Shown: piece after piece, positions 17,780-26,563 of the stretch | How positions within the stretch are numbered: position 1 is the first letter of the stretch | Layout of the letters: each line of letters starts with the position of its first letter | Origin: an uncultured Planctomycetales bacterium | GTDB taxonomy: Bacteria > Omnitrophota > Gorgyraeia > Zapsychrales > CAZBRU01 | Direction of reading: 5' to 3' | DNA: 64,000 bases | Assembly: GCA_964515035.1 (NCBI GenBank) | Contig: CAZEUO010000006.1 | Location: forward strand, 10,103 to 74,102 | The notes under the pieces: generated by a model | Database searches by the model: none | Told to the model about the DNA's origin: nothing | What the model saw: only the letters and a program-made list of their open reading frames with translations | Program-made: the position numbers and the translations under genes

Positions 17780-18173
17780 ATATTTGTTATTAGCCTTAAT
17801 ACTTCCGGTACTTATTGGTTGTGCTAACAAACTGGCTTACGTTTCAACCGGAAGCCTCATTGGAGCCGGGGGCGGGTATGCCATTGACCGTGACAGCAAG
17901 GACGCTGCTATTGGCGGGTTAGTTGGGGGAACGACCGGAGCCATACTAGCAGACATCCATAAAAAAAGTGAAAATAAAAAGTACCAAGATGGTTACGATC
18001 AAGGGTATACCCAAGCCCAGCTTGAAATTGCTAAAAGTAACTGGGATGAAAATACCGGCAAACAAAAGAAGGATGTTACTTCAAAATCTTATGAGCGGAT
18101 TAAAATCCCTAAAAAAGAAGTCAATGATGTGCTCTATGATTCGCATTATGAAACGCTGGAGGTGTACAAATGA
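17766..18173 (+). CDS. lipoprotein with glycine-zipper motif (possible VirB7-like / T4SS-associated)
   Basis: Lipobox LIGC after signal peptide. GSLIGAGGGYAID...GGLVGGTTGAILA glycine zipper. The upstream ORF start (17724) overlaps virB4, so the 17766 ATG is preferred. Confidence 0.45.
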   Translation: MRSFKYLLLALILPVLIGCANKLAYVSTGSLIGAGGGYAIDRDSKDAAIGGLVGGTTGAILADIHKKSENKKYQDGYDQGYTQAQLEIAKSNWDENTGKQKKDVTSKSYERIKIPKKEVNDVLYDSHYETLEVYK

Positions 18174-18895
18174 AAAAACTTATGGTTTTTGCGATTATTC
18201 TCATGTTGAGCCCGCGGCCTGCGTGGGCTGATTCGACCTGGGCGGTCTTACAGCAAACCAGCATCCAGACAGCTGAGCATCTAAAAAGGGTTCAGGAAGC
18301 GATTAAGATGGTTCAGCTGCTTCAAACCCAGGTTCACGATGTCCAGGATCTTCTTAAATTGGCAGTCAGGGCCAGTGAAGGCTTGGAGGGCGTTGAGTTT
18401 ATAAGCGATTTCAGGAACCTGGCGATTGAAACCAACGACCTGATTGGAGAAATTCGAGAGTATATCGAATATGACAAACCCATTGGAGAAGAATGGCTGA
18501 ATCTCTTTGGAAAAATCGGGAACTGGATCGAAGACTCAAATGAAATCTTTAAAAATATTAAAATGTCCGATTCGGTCAATGCCAGAAGTTTTAATATTGC
18601 CGATAGCTACCATGACAAATATCAGGAAAATTCAGAATACGCTGAGCAATTAGTTGCGAATTCGAAAACAGTCAATGAAAAAGGCGCGTTAAAACAGATA
18701 GCGGAAGAGATGGGCCACCTCATGCAGATGCAAAATCAAGAAATTTATTTACTCTCCGAGATCCTCAGATCGCAAAGTGTCGAATACTCCAACGAAAATC
18801 TGAAGCGCAAGGAAGATGCCATCAAATTTGAGCAGGAAAATAAAGGGATAAAGCGTTTTATAAGCATGTCAATCGACGACCAATTCGAGTTATAG
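18170..18895 (+). CDS. secreted alpha-helical protein, VirB5/TrbJ-like candidate
   Basis: Signal peptide MKKLMVFAIILMLSPRPAWA. Coiled-coil-rich. Position matches VirB5 between B4 and B6. Confidence 0.35.
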   Translation: MKKLMVFAIILMLSPRPAWADSTWAVLQQTSIQTAEHLKRVQEAIKMVQLLQTQVHDVQDLLKLAVRASEGLEGVEFISDFRNLAIETNDLIGEIREYIEYDKPIGEEWLNLFGKIGNWIEDSNEIFKNIKMSDSVNARSFNIADSYHDKYQENSEYAEQLVANSKTVNEKGALKQIAEEMGHLMQMQNQEIYLLSEILRSQSVEYSNENLKRKEDAIKFEQENKGIKRFISMSIDDQFEL

Positions 18896-18899
18896 AGCT

Positions 18900-19913
18900 A
18901 TGGACTTTGTTATTAGCATTGTCAAAAGTGATTTATGGGGAATAATCCATACTGGACGCTATTTGTTGAGTGGCCTTTTCCTTTTTGCGGTATTTGTTCA
19001 TTTCCTGGGCATACTCGCTCATCAAACAAGCTGGTCGTCCTTACTGATGCGATTGGTGATCGGCTTTATATTGCTTCAAAACTATGTTTGGATCATGGAC
19101 ACGACCAAAGATATTGTCGTAGGCTTAGATAAAACGATTACCCCGCAACAGGACTTTTCCAAACAGTATGCCGAGATGTCTGAAAATTTAAGGGTGGAAT
19201 ATGAGCAAAATGTCCAACAGAGTATCACTGAACGAATTCTAAACTTTGGTAAAAACACGATCCACAGTTTGGTGGTAAACTTTTCGTTTATTTTTTATGC
19301 CATAGTTTCTCGTATTATGGAGGCTATTCGTTACTCGATTGCGGGTATTTTGTATAAATTGGGGCCGATTTTAATTCCTTTAATCCTATTCAATTCGACA
19401 AAGCGTGTTTTGGGCGGTTGGTTCACCAGCTATATTTGCGTGCTGTCTTGGCCGATTTTATGGCATATCACGTTGTCGATTGCCGTTGCCATAAGCGAAC
19501 GTTTTGGCATAACCGGAGATGGGATCGAATATTTCGTTGCCATTAATTTTGCGGTGGGTTTTGTCCTGATATTTTCACCGATGATTATTACGAGTTTGGC
19601 TGCCGGTATCGGCGCGGGGGCAGCGGCTTCGCTTGCTGGGGCGTTTGCGACAAAAACATTCTTAGATAGATTTCAGCAAGCCGGGCGTATAGGAGCGGCG
19701 GGAGTGACAGGCGCGGTAAGCACTGGCATAAGAACTGTTCAAAGCATTTCTCAGGCCATTCCGGTTAACGCATTGTTAAGCGAAAGGTTTAAAAATATCA
19801 TGTCCTTTGCCGGAAAGCCTAAAGCGGATACTCCGGGACACGATATTAAATCATCCGGCAAAAACCCTTTTGATTCAATCAATAAAGCAATGAAAGGAAA
19901 GAAAGATGAGTGA
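18900..19913 (+). CDS. VirB6/TrbL-like polytopic inner-membrane T4SS protein
   Basis: Multiple TM helices and a Gly/Ala-rich C-terminal segment. Correct synteny position. Confidence 0.5.
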   Translation: MDFVISIVKSDLWGIIHTGRYLLSGLFLFAVFVHFLGILAHQTSWSSLLMRLVIGFILLQNYVWIMDTTKDIVVGLDKTITPQQDFSKQYAEMSENLRVEYEQNVQQSITERILNFGKNTIHSLVVNFSFIFYAIVSRIMEAIRYSIAGILYKLGPILIPLILFNSTKRVLGGWFTSYICVLSWPILWHITLSIAVAISERFGITGDGIEYFVAINFAVGFVLIFSPMIITSLAAGIGAGAAASLAGAFATKTFLDRFQQAGRIGAAGVTGAVSTGIRTVQSISQAIPVNALLSERFKNIMSFAGKPKADTPGHDIKSSGKNPFDSINKAMKGKKDE

Positions 19914-20502
19914 GCTTGCCTTTAACCGAATTATTCTGGAAAAAAATAACTATGTTTTATCCGTCCTGGCCGTTATTTCCTTATCGATTAATTTGTTTTT
20001 AACCACGATGCTGGCTTTTTCGATCAATAAAAAGCCACTTATGGTTTATGAGGATTCGGGACAGGTGATTTCTCTTAACAATCGAGAATTTAAATTAGAC
20101 GAAAAGATTTTGGAAGGGTTCGTCCATTTGATTACCAAAGAATACTTAAGTTTTAGCCCGTCCTCATTGCCGGTGCAAATTGAGGCGATAAAGCATTATC
20201 TAACGGACAGCCCAAGAAACGCGATTCTTGATTCCTATAAAAAGAATGAGAAGAAAATTCAGGAAGAGAATGTTTTTCAACAATTTACCGTTCAAGAAAT
20301 TAAAATCACCAAAAAAAACAGTCCGTATTTAGTCGAAGTTGATGGCATAAAAACGGTTTACGCCAATGGCAACAGCAAAAATATTGCCGCGACTTATGCA
20401 TTGGAAATCGAACGGATCAAGCAGGCACAAGATAATCCTTATGGATTAATTGTTTCAAAGATTATTGAGAAACCACAACAACTAACGGAGAGCCGGAAAT
20501 GA
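19906..20502 (+). CDS. VirB8-like bitopic T4SS protein
   Basis: N-terminal TM (VLSVLAVISLSINLFLTTMLAF) followed by about 150 aa periplasmic domain. Synteny. Confidence 0.45.
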   Translation: MSELAFNRIILEKNNYVLSVLAVISLSINLFLTTMLAFSINKKPLMVYEDSGQVISLNNREFKLDEKILEGFVHLITKEYLSFSPSSLPVQIEAIKHYLTDSPRNAILDSYKKNEKKIQEENVFQQFTVQEIKITKKNSPYLVEVDGIKTVYANGNSKNIAATYALEIERIKQAQDNPYGLIVSKIIEKPQQLTESRK

Positions 20503-21311
20503 AATATATAATCATATTGTTAATTTTGCTTACCGCAGAGCCGGTTTTTGCGCTTGATGGAACAAACAGGTATTTGAGCCCTAATAAAGTCATTTATGAA
20601 GACCCTCAAGAAGATGATGTCCTCATCATCAATACAACCGTTGGTTACACAACCGTGTTGGAATTTCCCGAAAAACCCGCAATGGTATCAACCGGCGACA
20701 GCTCTCTTTTGCAAATCGAAGTGCCAAAGAATTCAAAGAGTGTCCTGTTAAAAGCCTTAAGAGACGAAGGGGAGACTAATCTCTTTGTTTTCACGCCAAG
20801 CCAGCGGTTTAATTACAAGGTCTTTATCGGCAATCAGCAGGATGTTGATTATGTCATTGATGTTCAGAAAGAATCTCTAAACAAGAAGAATCGACCTGCA
20901 CAAATTCCGATAACCCAGCTTGTAAAAATGGCACAAAACTACCGGGTTTTACGCGATTCCAAACAAATCAATGACCGGATATTCATTCAAAAGGACATAT
21001 TTACTCAATATGAGAATCCGTTCGTAAAGCTGAAAGTTATCGAAGCCTTTGCCAATAAAGCCCCTCACTATCTGGTTTTGCATTTTGTTATTTCAAATAA
21101 GCAATTAATACCTATAAACTTAAACGAGAAAATAACCAGTGTGTATGTTAACGGCCAAAAGTTTCAGCCAAATTATGTTTTGTTTGATTCCGAGAGGCTG
21201 AATGCAAAACAGGAAACGGATGCTTGGGTCATACTGGAAGGAACTCATATTTCCCTAAACAATCACTTTTCTATCGGGGTAGGTGTCTATGATAAAGAAC
21301 ATATCTTTTAA
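20499..21311 (+). CDS. VirB9/TrbG/CagX-like T4SS outer-membrane core protein
   Basis: Signal peptide and beta-rich sequence. Overlapping start/stop with neighbours (translational coupling). Confidence 0.5.
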   Translation: MKYIIILLILLTAEPVFALDGTNRYLSPNKVIYEDPQEDDVLIINTTVGYTTVLEFPEKPAMVSTGDSSLLQIEVPKNSKSVLLKALRDEGETNLFVFTPSQRFNYKVFIGNQQDVDYVIDVQKESLNKKNRPAQIPITQLVKMAQNYRVLRDSKQINDRIFIQKDIFTQYENPFVKLKVIEAFANKAPHYLVLHFVISNKQLIPINLNEKITSVYVNGQKFQPNYVLFDSERLNAKQETDAWVILEGTHISLNNHFSIGVGVYDKEHIF

Positions 21312-22206
21312 AAATTTATTTTTTAGGCAGGATCATACCGGAAGACGGCAGCCGACAATCCTGACTTGGGTATTGGTCTGCATGACAGTTTTCGGCTCAT
21401 TCTTTTTATCGAAGGGAAAAGGCAAAGTCCGGAAGAAGGAAGCAAAGCAGGACATTATCAAAGAAAAAGATATTGTTGCGGCCTCAAATACACCAACGAA
21501 AAAGGATGAAAATACGATCGATTTGTCCAAGATTTTAGAAATTGCCAGAGAAGAAGGAAAGAATAAGGCGTCGAGAATCAAAGGAAAAATAGATTCAAAA
21601 ATGATTGTTTTTGACGGGACCAACGATTACCGTTCTGATCAAATCGCCCCTCTGGGGAGCATGGTCAAATGTATTCTTGCGCATAATATCGTAACCAACA
21701 ATTTTAGTTCACCGGTCATTGTCCAGGTTTGGGAAGATTTTTATTTTAACGGAAAATTACTTTTCCCGTTTGGAACCAGAATATATGGCACCGCCAGGGC
21801 GGGCAAAGAAAGAGACCGGGTGCTTGTTACTTTTCATACGGCGGTATTTCAGGACGGTAGAGAAGTCAAGCTGAATGCCATTGGATTAAGCCAAGACGGT
21901 TCCGGCGGCTTAACCGGTCAACTTGTTAGAAAGGAAAACAAGAAAAGAATACTTCTAATGGCGATGAATTTCATAAGCGGTATAGCGCTGGGGTTGCAGG
22001 AAACAGCTACCAATGCCGTTACCGGATTATCACAAATTACGACCAATTCACGCAACGCCACATTAGAAGGAGTATCCAATACTTTTGAAAACGAAGCGCG
22101 CCGGCTTGAAAAAGAAATCGATGCCGCTGAAGGGTACGCTATTGTTTTGGCAGGGAACCAATTGATAGTTTATTTTGAGAAATCAACGGATGTAAAACCG
22201 CTTTAA
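21283..22206 (+). CDS. VirB10/TrbI-like T4SS core protein
   Basis: N-terminal TM (ILTWVLVCMTVFGSFFL), low-complexity linker and C-terminal beta domain. Synteny after VirB9. Confidence 0.5.
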   Translation: MSMIKNISFKNLFFRQDHTGRRQPTILTWVLVCMTVFGSFFLSKGKGKVRKKEAKQDIIKEKDIVAASNTPTKKDENTIDLSKILEIAREEGKNKASRIKGKIDSKMIVFDGTNDYRSDQIAPLGSMVKCILAHNIVTNNFSSPVIVQVWEDFYFNGKLLFPFGTRIYGTARAGKERDRVLVTFHTAVFQDGREVKLNAIGLSQDGSGGLTGQLVRKENKKRILLMAMNFISGIALGLQETATNAVTGLSQITTNSRNATLEGVSNTFENEARRLEKEIDAAEGYAIVLAGNQLIVYFEKSTDVKPL

Positions 22207-22220
22207 GGGAGGATAAATCA

Positions 22221-22502
22221 ATGCGAACGATAGCGCTACTAACCGCGTGTATTTTATTTTCTGGATGTGCGACTTATGGTTCATTGCCGTTTATAAAAGC
22301 AACGGATCAACAGCCGTCTGTAGAAACTGAAACCGTATGGGTAAACGCAAAAACAAAGAAGATTTGGATTAATCCGCATGTCGATGACGAAGGCAATATG
22401 GTCGAAGGGCATTATAAATTTATTGTTTTGGAGAAAGGCCATTGGGCCTTACAGGAAATTGCTCCGGAAAACACAATTACGAATAAATCGGAAGGCAAAT
22501 GA
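22221..22502 (+). CDS. small lipoprotein (possible VirB7-like)
   Basis: Lipobox LFSGC. 93 aa. Located between VirB10 and VirD4. Confidence 0.4.
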   Translation: MRTIALLTACILFSGCATYGSLPFIKATDQQPSVETETVWVNAKTKKIWINPHVDDEGNMVEGHYKFIVLEKGHWALQEIAPENTITNKSEGK

Positions 22503-24211
22503 ACGACAAGATTGTCCTTATCATCTTGGTCTTAATTTTGGGGTATTACCATTACCGGGAATTTATTTCTGAGGAGTTGAACAATCCCTTATTTTACGGG
22601 GCGCTGATTATTTTCTTTTTCCTTATATTATTTGTCGGCCACTATTTCGAGAAATTTCAAAACAAATTAAGTATGTGGCGTCAGGGAATAAGGTTTAACC
22701 CAGACTCAAATCCAATACTTTACCCATTCCGTAAATACAATATTAAAGATTTTTTGGACAGATTCTATGCCATAGAAAGCAATAAGGAGCATACCTTTAT
22801 CGGATTAAATGCTGAAAAGTCGAATAAAGAAGACGTTTTTATTCCGGACATACAGCGCAGCCAGCATTTGCAGGTTTTGGGAATGACCGGGACCGGAAAG
22901 ACTTCAGGCATATTTCTGCCTTTGATTTATCAGGATGCTCTTAAGAAACGCCCGATTATTATTTTAGACGCGAAAGGAGAGATGCACACCGTTAACCAAC
23001 TCAACTCTATTTTTCATTCAATTGGGCGCAGCGACGATTTTCTATTATTTTCGCTTTCCCATAAAGATATTTCTTGTAGTTATAACCCTTTATACGTTGG
23101 GGAATGCGATCCCCAAGTTGTCATTGATGCATTTTTTAATAATTTTAAAGATGAAAATACATTTTATCGTGAAACATCAAAAACGATTTTCACGAATACA
23201 TTTTATATTCTTCATTCGTTAGAAAAGCCATTTACCCCGATGGATGTTTACACCTATTTGACAAATCTAAAATGCCGCTTGGAAATCAATAAACAAATTA
23301 AGCAAAACGAAAAAGGGTTCATTTATTTGAAGCTTCTTAATACCCTTATCGAAAGGCTTACTGACCAATATAAGGGTTGGGAGCATGTTATAACCGGCTT
23401 TAACAATTATCTGTTAAATCATCGGGCTGATCTTTTAAACGTAGATGACAGCGATATTATTCTTACAGATGTCATCCGGGAGAGAAAAATCGTCTATTTT
23501 CAACTCCCGACGAATGCTTATCCCATCCAAGCTGTTAGCATCGCAAAAATGGTACAGGCCAATTTGCGCTACATATCATCACTGATCCAGGTAGGCTTGA
23601 TTCCTAAAGATATTTTAGTCAGCGTCATCATCGATGAATACGGCTCATTTGCCGAAGAAACATTTGTTGAGGTGTTAAATAAGGCCAGAACCAGCGGGAT
23701 GATGGTTACCCTCTCGCACCAAAGTTTGAGTGACTTAAGAATGATTTCGGAAACCTTCATGAAACGCATAGATGAGAATACCCTGAACAAATTATATCTC
23801 AAACAGACAGATCCGGAACTCTGTGAACTGATTGCCAAAAGCATGGGGACCTATATCAAAGAAGAAAAGACCTACCGGATGGTAGGCGGAAATTTTGGTA
23901 ACCAAGTCCATAACGGCGAATCATCAAATCGCCTGGTTAATGAATTCCATTTTCCACCGGACAAGATCAAGAATTTACACAAATTCGGACAAGGTTATTT
24001 TGTATACCGTGGCAATAATACTCATAAATGCGTTAATTTCGGAAAATTCGATAACATTCAAGAAATTCCCTATATCAAGAAAACAAAAAGTAACAAGCGT
24101 GAGGGGTTAAGGCTCTTTGAAAAATATTACTTGGCCAATTCGCTGGAAGAAAAGACACGCAAACCTAAAATGGCGATGGCTTCTAAAGGCCTCATCGAAT
24201 GTGATGATTAA
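22499..24211 (+). CDS. virD4: VirD4/TraG-type conjugative coupling ATPase (T4CP)
   Basis: Two N-terminal TM helices. Walker A LGMTGTGKTSG. Walker B VSVIIDEYGSF. 570 aa. Confidence 0.8.
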   Translation: MNDKIVLIILVLILGYYHYREFISEELNNPLFYGALIIFFFLILFVGHYFEKFQNKLSMWRQGIRFNPDSNPILYPFRKYNIKDFLDRFYAIESNKEHTFIGLNAEKSNKEDVFIPDIQRSQHLQVLGMTGTGKTSGIFLPLIYQDALKKRPIIILDAKGEMHTVNQLNSIFHSIGRSDDFLLFSLSHKDISCSYNPLYVGECDPQVVIDAFFNNFKDENTFYRETSKTIFTNTFYILHSLEKPFTPMDVYTYLTNLKCRLEINKQIKQNEKGFIYLKLLNTLIERLTDQYKGWEHVITGFNNYLLNHRADLLNVDDSDIILTDVIRERKIVYFQLPTNAYPIQAVSIAKMVQANLRYISSLIQVGLIPKDILVSVIIDEYGSFAEETFVEVLNKARTSGMMVTLSHQSLSDLRMISETFMKRIDENTLNKLYLKQTDPELCELIAKSMGTYIKEEKTYRMVGGNFGNQVHNGESSNRLVNEFHFPPDKIKNLHKFGQGYFVYRGNNTHKCVNFGKFDNIQEIPYIKKTKSNKREGLRLFEKYYLANSLEEKTRKPKMAMASKGLIECDD

Positions 24212-24225
24212 GGAAAGGGACTAAA

Positions 24226-24780
24226 ATGGCAAATAAAAAAGAAAAAAACAGATCGGCAGAAATCATCCCGCAAGAACGCATTGAAAATAGAATTTTACTC
24301 ATCAGAAGCAAGAAAGTCATGCTCGATAGTGACCTTGCGGAATTATATAAAGTAGCGACTGGCCAATTGAAGAGGGCTGTTAATCGCAACATAAATAGGT
24401 TTCCCGAAGACTTTATGTTTGAACTCACCAAAGAAGAAGCCCAAGCTTTGAGATGCCAATTTGGCATCTCAAAGAAAGGACGAGGCGGCCAACGATATTT
24501 ACAATATGTTTTCACCCAAGAAGGTGTCGCGATGCTTTCCAGTGTTCTTAACAGCGAGAGGGCTATTGGTGTGAATATTCAGATTATGCGTGCTTTTGTA
24601 AGGTTGCGCGAACTTATGATTTCTCATAAAGATTTAGCCCGCAAACTTGATGATTTAGAATTGAAATTTAAAGAACATGATAAGAGTATTTTGTTAATTT
24701 TTAGGGCAATAAAAGAATTGCTTCAAAAGCCGAAAGAACCGGAGAAGCCGAAGCTTGGCATTGGCTTTCATGTCAGGTAA
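24226..24780 (+). CDS. ORF6N-domain protein (KilA-N related, phage antirepressor/Rha-like DNA-binding)
   Basis: RILLIRSKKVMLDSDLAELYKVATGQLKRAVNRNINRFPEDFMFELTKEE is the typical ORF6N N-terminal domain. Confidence 0.6.
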   Translation: MANKKEKNRSAEIIPQERIENRILLIRSKKVMLDSDLAELYKVATGQLKRAVNRNINRFPEDFMFELTKEEAQALRCQFGISKKGRGGQRYLQYVFTQEGVAMLSSVLNSERAIGVNIQIMRAFVRLRELMISHKDLARKLDDLELKFKEHDKSILLIFRAIKELLQKPKEPEKPKLGIGFHVR

Positions 24781-24988
24781 ACTTATCGAATATAAGGGGA
24801 AAATAATGGAACGTCGATTTATAGGAGTTGTCGAATTGGCTGATTATCTTGGGTTGACCAAAGGAACTGTTTACGTATGGGTTTGCCGCAGAAAGATTCC
24901 CTATGTCAAGGTCGGTAGATTGGTCAAGTTCGATTTGCACAAGATTGAAAAATGGTTAGAAGAAACCTCTACAAAAGTATATAATTAG
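24755..24988 (+). CDS. xis: excisionase / AlpA-like HTH_17 DNA-binding protein
   Basis: VELADYLGLTKGTVYVWVCRRKIPYVKVGRLVKFDLHKIEKWLEE. Directly upstream of the integrase. Confidence 0.6.
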   Translation: MALAFMSGKLIEYKGKIMERRFIGVVELADYLGLTKGTVYVWVCRRKIPYVKVGRLVKFDLHKIEKWLEETSTKVYN

Positions 24989-25010
24989 TAAAATCAATTA
25001 ATGAAAAGAG

Positions 25011-26210
25011 GTGGCTATGGCTGTTTTCAATCGTGTCTATTGTCCTAATTGTAAGAAAGAGCACAACATCTATGGGGATGACATCAAAGAGTTAAATTGC
25101 GGCCGTTGTGGGTATCCTGTAAAAATAAACCCTAAAGAAGGTAATTTTTTTATTGAGTATTATGCCAAAGGAAAGCGGAAACGGGAGAAAATTGGGCCGA
25201 ACAGAACACTGGCCGAAATAGTCCTCAAAAAACGAAAGGTCGAAATCGCCGAAAAGAAATTTCTCGATATCAAAGAGGAAAAAAGAATTAAATTTGAAGA
25301 TTTTGCCGATGAATATTTGGAACTCCACGCCAAGGTCAATAACAGGTCCTGGAAAAAGGCCGATGCCGTAAACATCAGGCTTCTTAAAAAAGTTTTTTCG
25401 GGAAAGTGCCTTAACGAAATTACGCCGCTGATGATTGATCGATTTAAGGCAGAAAGGGCAAAAAGTCTAAAAGGCGAAAAGAAAACAAAAACAATTTCCC
25501 CTGCTACGGTGAATCGAAATTTAGCTTGCCTGAAAAGCATGTTTAATAAAGCGATTGCCTGGGGTCAGTTTGTCGGAGAAAACCCTGTCCGGCAGGTAAA
25601 ACTTTTTAAGGAGAATAATAAAAGGCTGCGGTTTTTGGAGAAGGAGGAGATTGTCCGGCTATTGGCCAATTGCAATAAACACCTGAAAGCGATTGTTATC
25701 CTTGCCCTGCATACAGGCATGAGGCGGGGAGAAATATTAAATCTTAAGTGGCGCGATATCGATATCAAGCGCGGGGTCATTTATTTGTACAATACCAAGA
25801 ATAGCGAGAAAAGGGAAATCCCTATTAATGAACAGGTGAAAACTGCGCTTATCAGAACACTCAAGCATCCAAAAAGCGAATATATTTTTACTAAAAAAGA
25901 CGGGTCACCCATAGGTGACATTAAGAAATCTTTCTATGCAGCTGTGAAGAAATCTGGTATAATCACGCTTCGTTTTCATGATTTGAGACATACCTTTGCC
26001 TCCCATTTGGTTATGAGTGGAGTTGATTTGAACACAGTAAGAGAATTGATGGGCCACAAGTCGTTGCAAATGACACTTAGATATTCACATTTGTCGCCTG
26101 ACCATAAGAAGCGGGCAGTGGATACCTTGGGTAAGAGAATGGACACATTTTGGACACCAGAGCTAAAAACACTTATTGCAATAAAAGACCAAGTCCCTAT
26201 AACCACTTAA
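25011..26210 (+). CDS. int: tyrosine site-specific integrase with N-terminal CxxC..CxxC zinc-ribbon
   Basis: C-terminal HDLRHTFASHLVMSGVDLNTVRELMGHKSLQMTLRYSHL gives the R..H..R..Y catalytic box. N-terminus CPNCKK..CGRCGYP. Ends 22 nt before tRNA-Met. Confidence 0.9.
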   Translation: MAMAVFNRVYCPNCKKEHNIYGDDIKELNCGRCGYPVKINPKEGNFFIEYYAKGKRKREKIGPNRTLAEIVLKKRKVEIAEKKFLDIKEEKRIKFEDFADEYLELHAKVNNRSWKKADAVNIRLLKKVFSGKCLNEITPLMIDRFKAERAKSLKGEKKTKTISPATVNRNLACLKSMFNKAIAWGQFVGENPVRQVKLFKENNKRLRFLEKEEIVRLLANCNKHLKAIVILALHTGMRRGEILNLKWRDIDIKRGVIYLYNTKNSEKREIPINEQVKTALIRTLKHPKSEYIFTKKDGSPIGDIKKSFYAAVKKSGIITLRFHDLRHTFASHLVMSGVDLNTVRELMGHKSLQMTLRYSHLSPDHKKRAVDTLGKRMDTFWTPELKTLIAIKDQVPITT

Positions 26211-26232
26211 GATTATTAGTGTTATAATTTTC

Positions 26233-26306
26233 GGGCCCATAGCTCAGGCGGTTAGAGCAACTGACTCATAATCAGTGGGTCGGAGGTTCGAGCCCTCCTG
26301 GGCCCA
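26233..26306 (+). tRNA. tRNA-Met (anticodon CAT; elongator or Ile2-type), CCA not encoded; integration target
   Basis: Cloverleaf folded by hand. Acceptor GGGCCCA/TGGGCCC. Anticodon loop CTCATAA. T-loop TTCGAGC. Confidence 0.85.
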
Positions 26307-26403
26307 GTGAACTGGTGATGAACGAGATGTTCAAAAGGTTCTCCCGCCTTTTCCACCACTAGCGTTTAGAAGAAGGGCGGGACCCCGCCGTTGTCCGGCG
26401 GGG

Positions 26404-26424
26404 GAGCCCTGGTGGGCCCAGTGA
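26404..26424 (+). repeat. 19/21-nt direct repeat of the tRNA-Met 3' end (att-core-like remnant)
   Basis: gagccctggtgggcccagtga versus gagccctcctgggcccagtga at 26290..26310. Confidence 0.45.
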
Positions 26425-26460
26425 TCGACCAATATAGATTTGTCAGTTAAGTGGGTTTTA

Positions 26461-26537
26461 GGGCGCATAGCTCAGCTGGATAGAGTGCTGCCCTCACATG
26501 GCAGAGGTCGAAGGTTCGACTCCTTCTGCGCCCACCA
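26461..26537 (+). tRNA. tRNA-Val (anticodon CAC), CCA encoded
   Basis: Acceptor GGGCGCA/TGCGCCC. Anticodon stem CTGCC/GGCAG with loop CTCACAT. T-loop TTCGACT. 3' ACCA. Confidence 0.85.
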
Positions 26538-26563
26538 AAATCGTACGATACAAAAAGGAAATT

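Larger units (their letters stand above)
1..26306. mobile_element. Integrative conjugative element (ICE)-like island inserted at the tRNA-Met 3' end. It carries T4SS, umuDC, R-M/defence cargo, Xis and Int. The left end lies outside the window.
   Basis: A tyrosine integrase sits immediately upstream of tRNA-Met(CAT). It is preceded by an excisionase-family HTH and an ORF6N gene. There is a full VirB/VirD4-like gene set, and defence plus umuDC cargo. No second att repeat is found inside the window upstream. Confidence 0.6.

Noticed and set aside
22378-22572. 64-aa plus-strand ORF overlapping the lipoprotein/VirD4 junction
   Set aside because: It is an out-of-frame overlap with two better-supported genes and has no features.
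26233-26306. tRNA-Met lacking encoded CCA might be a pseudogene or integration-damaged
   Set aside because: All stems pair and the anticodon loop is canonical. Many bacterial tRNA genes lack encoded CCA, and the integrase-proximal att reconstitutes the full 3' end.
26498-26563. Upstream extension of the COG1579 ORF (start 26498)
   Set aside because: It would be translated through the tRNA-Val gene. An ATG with an AAAGGAA RBS at 26564 gives a sensible N-terminus.
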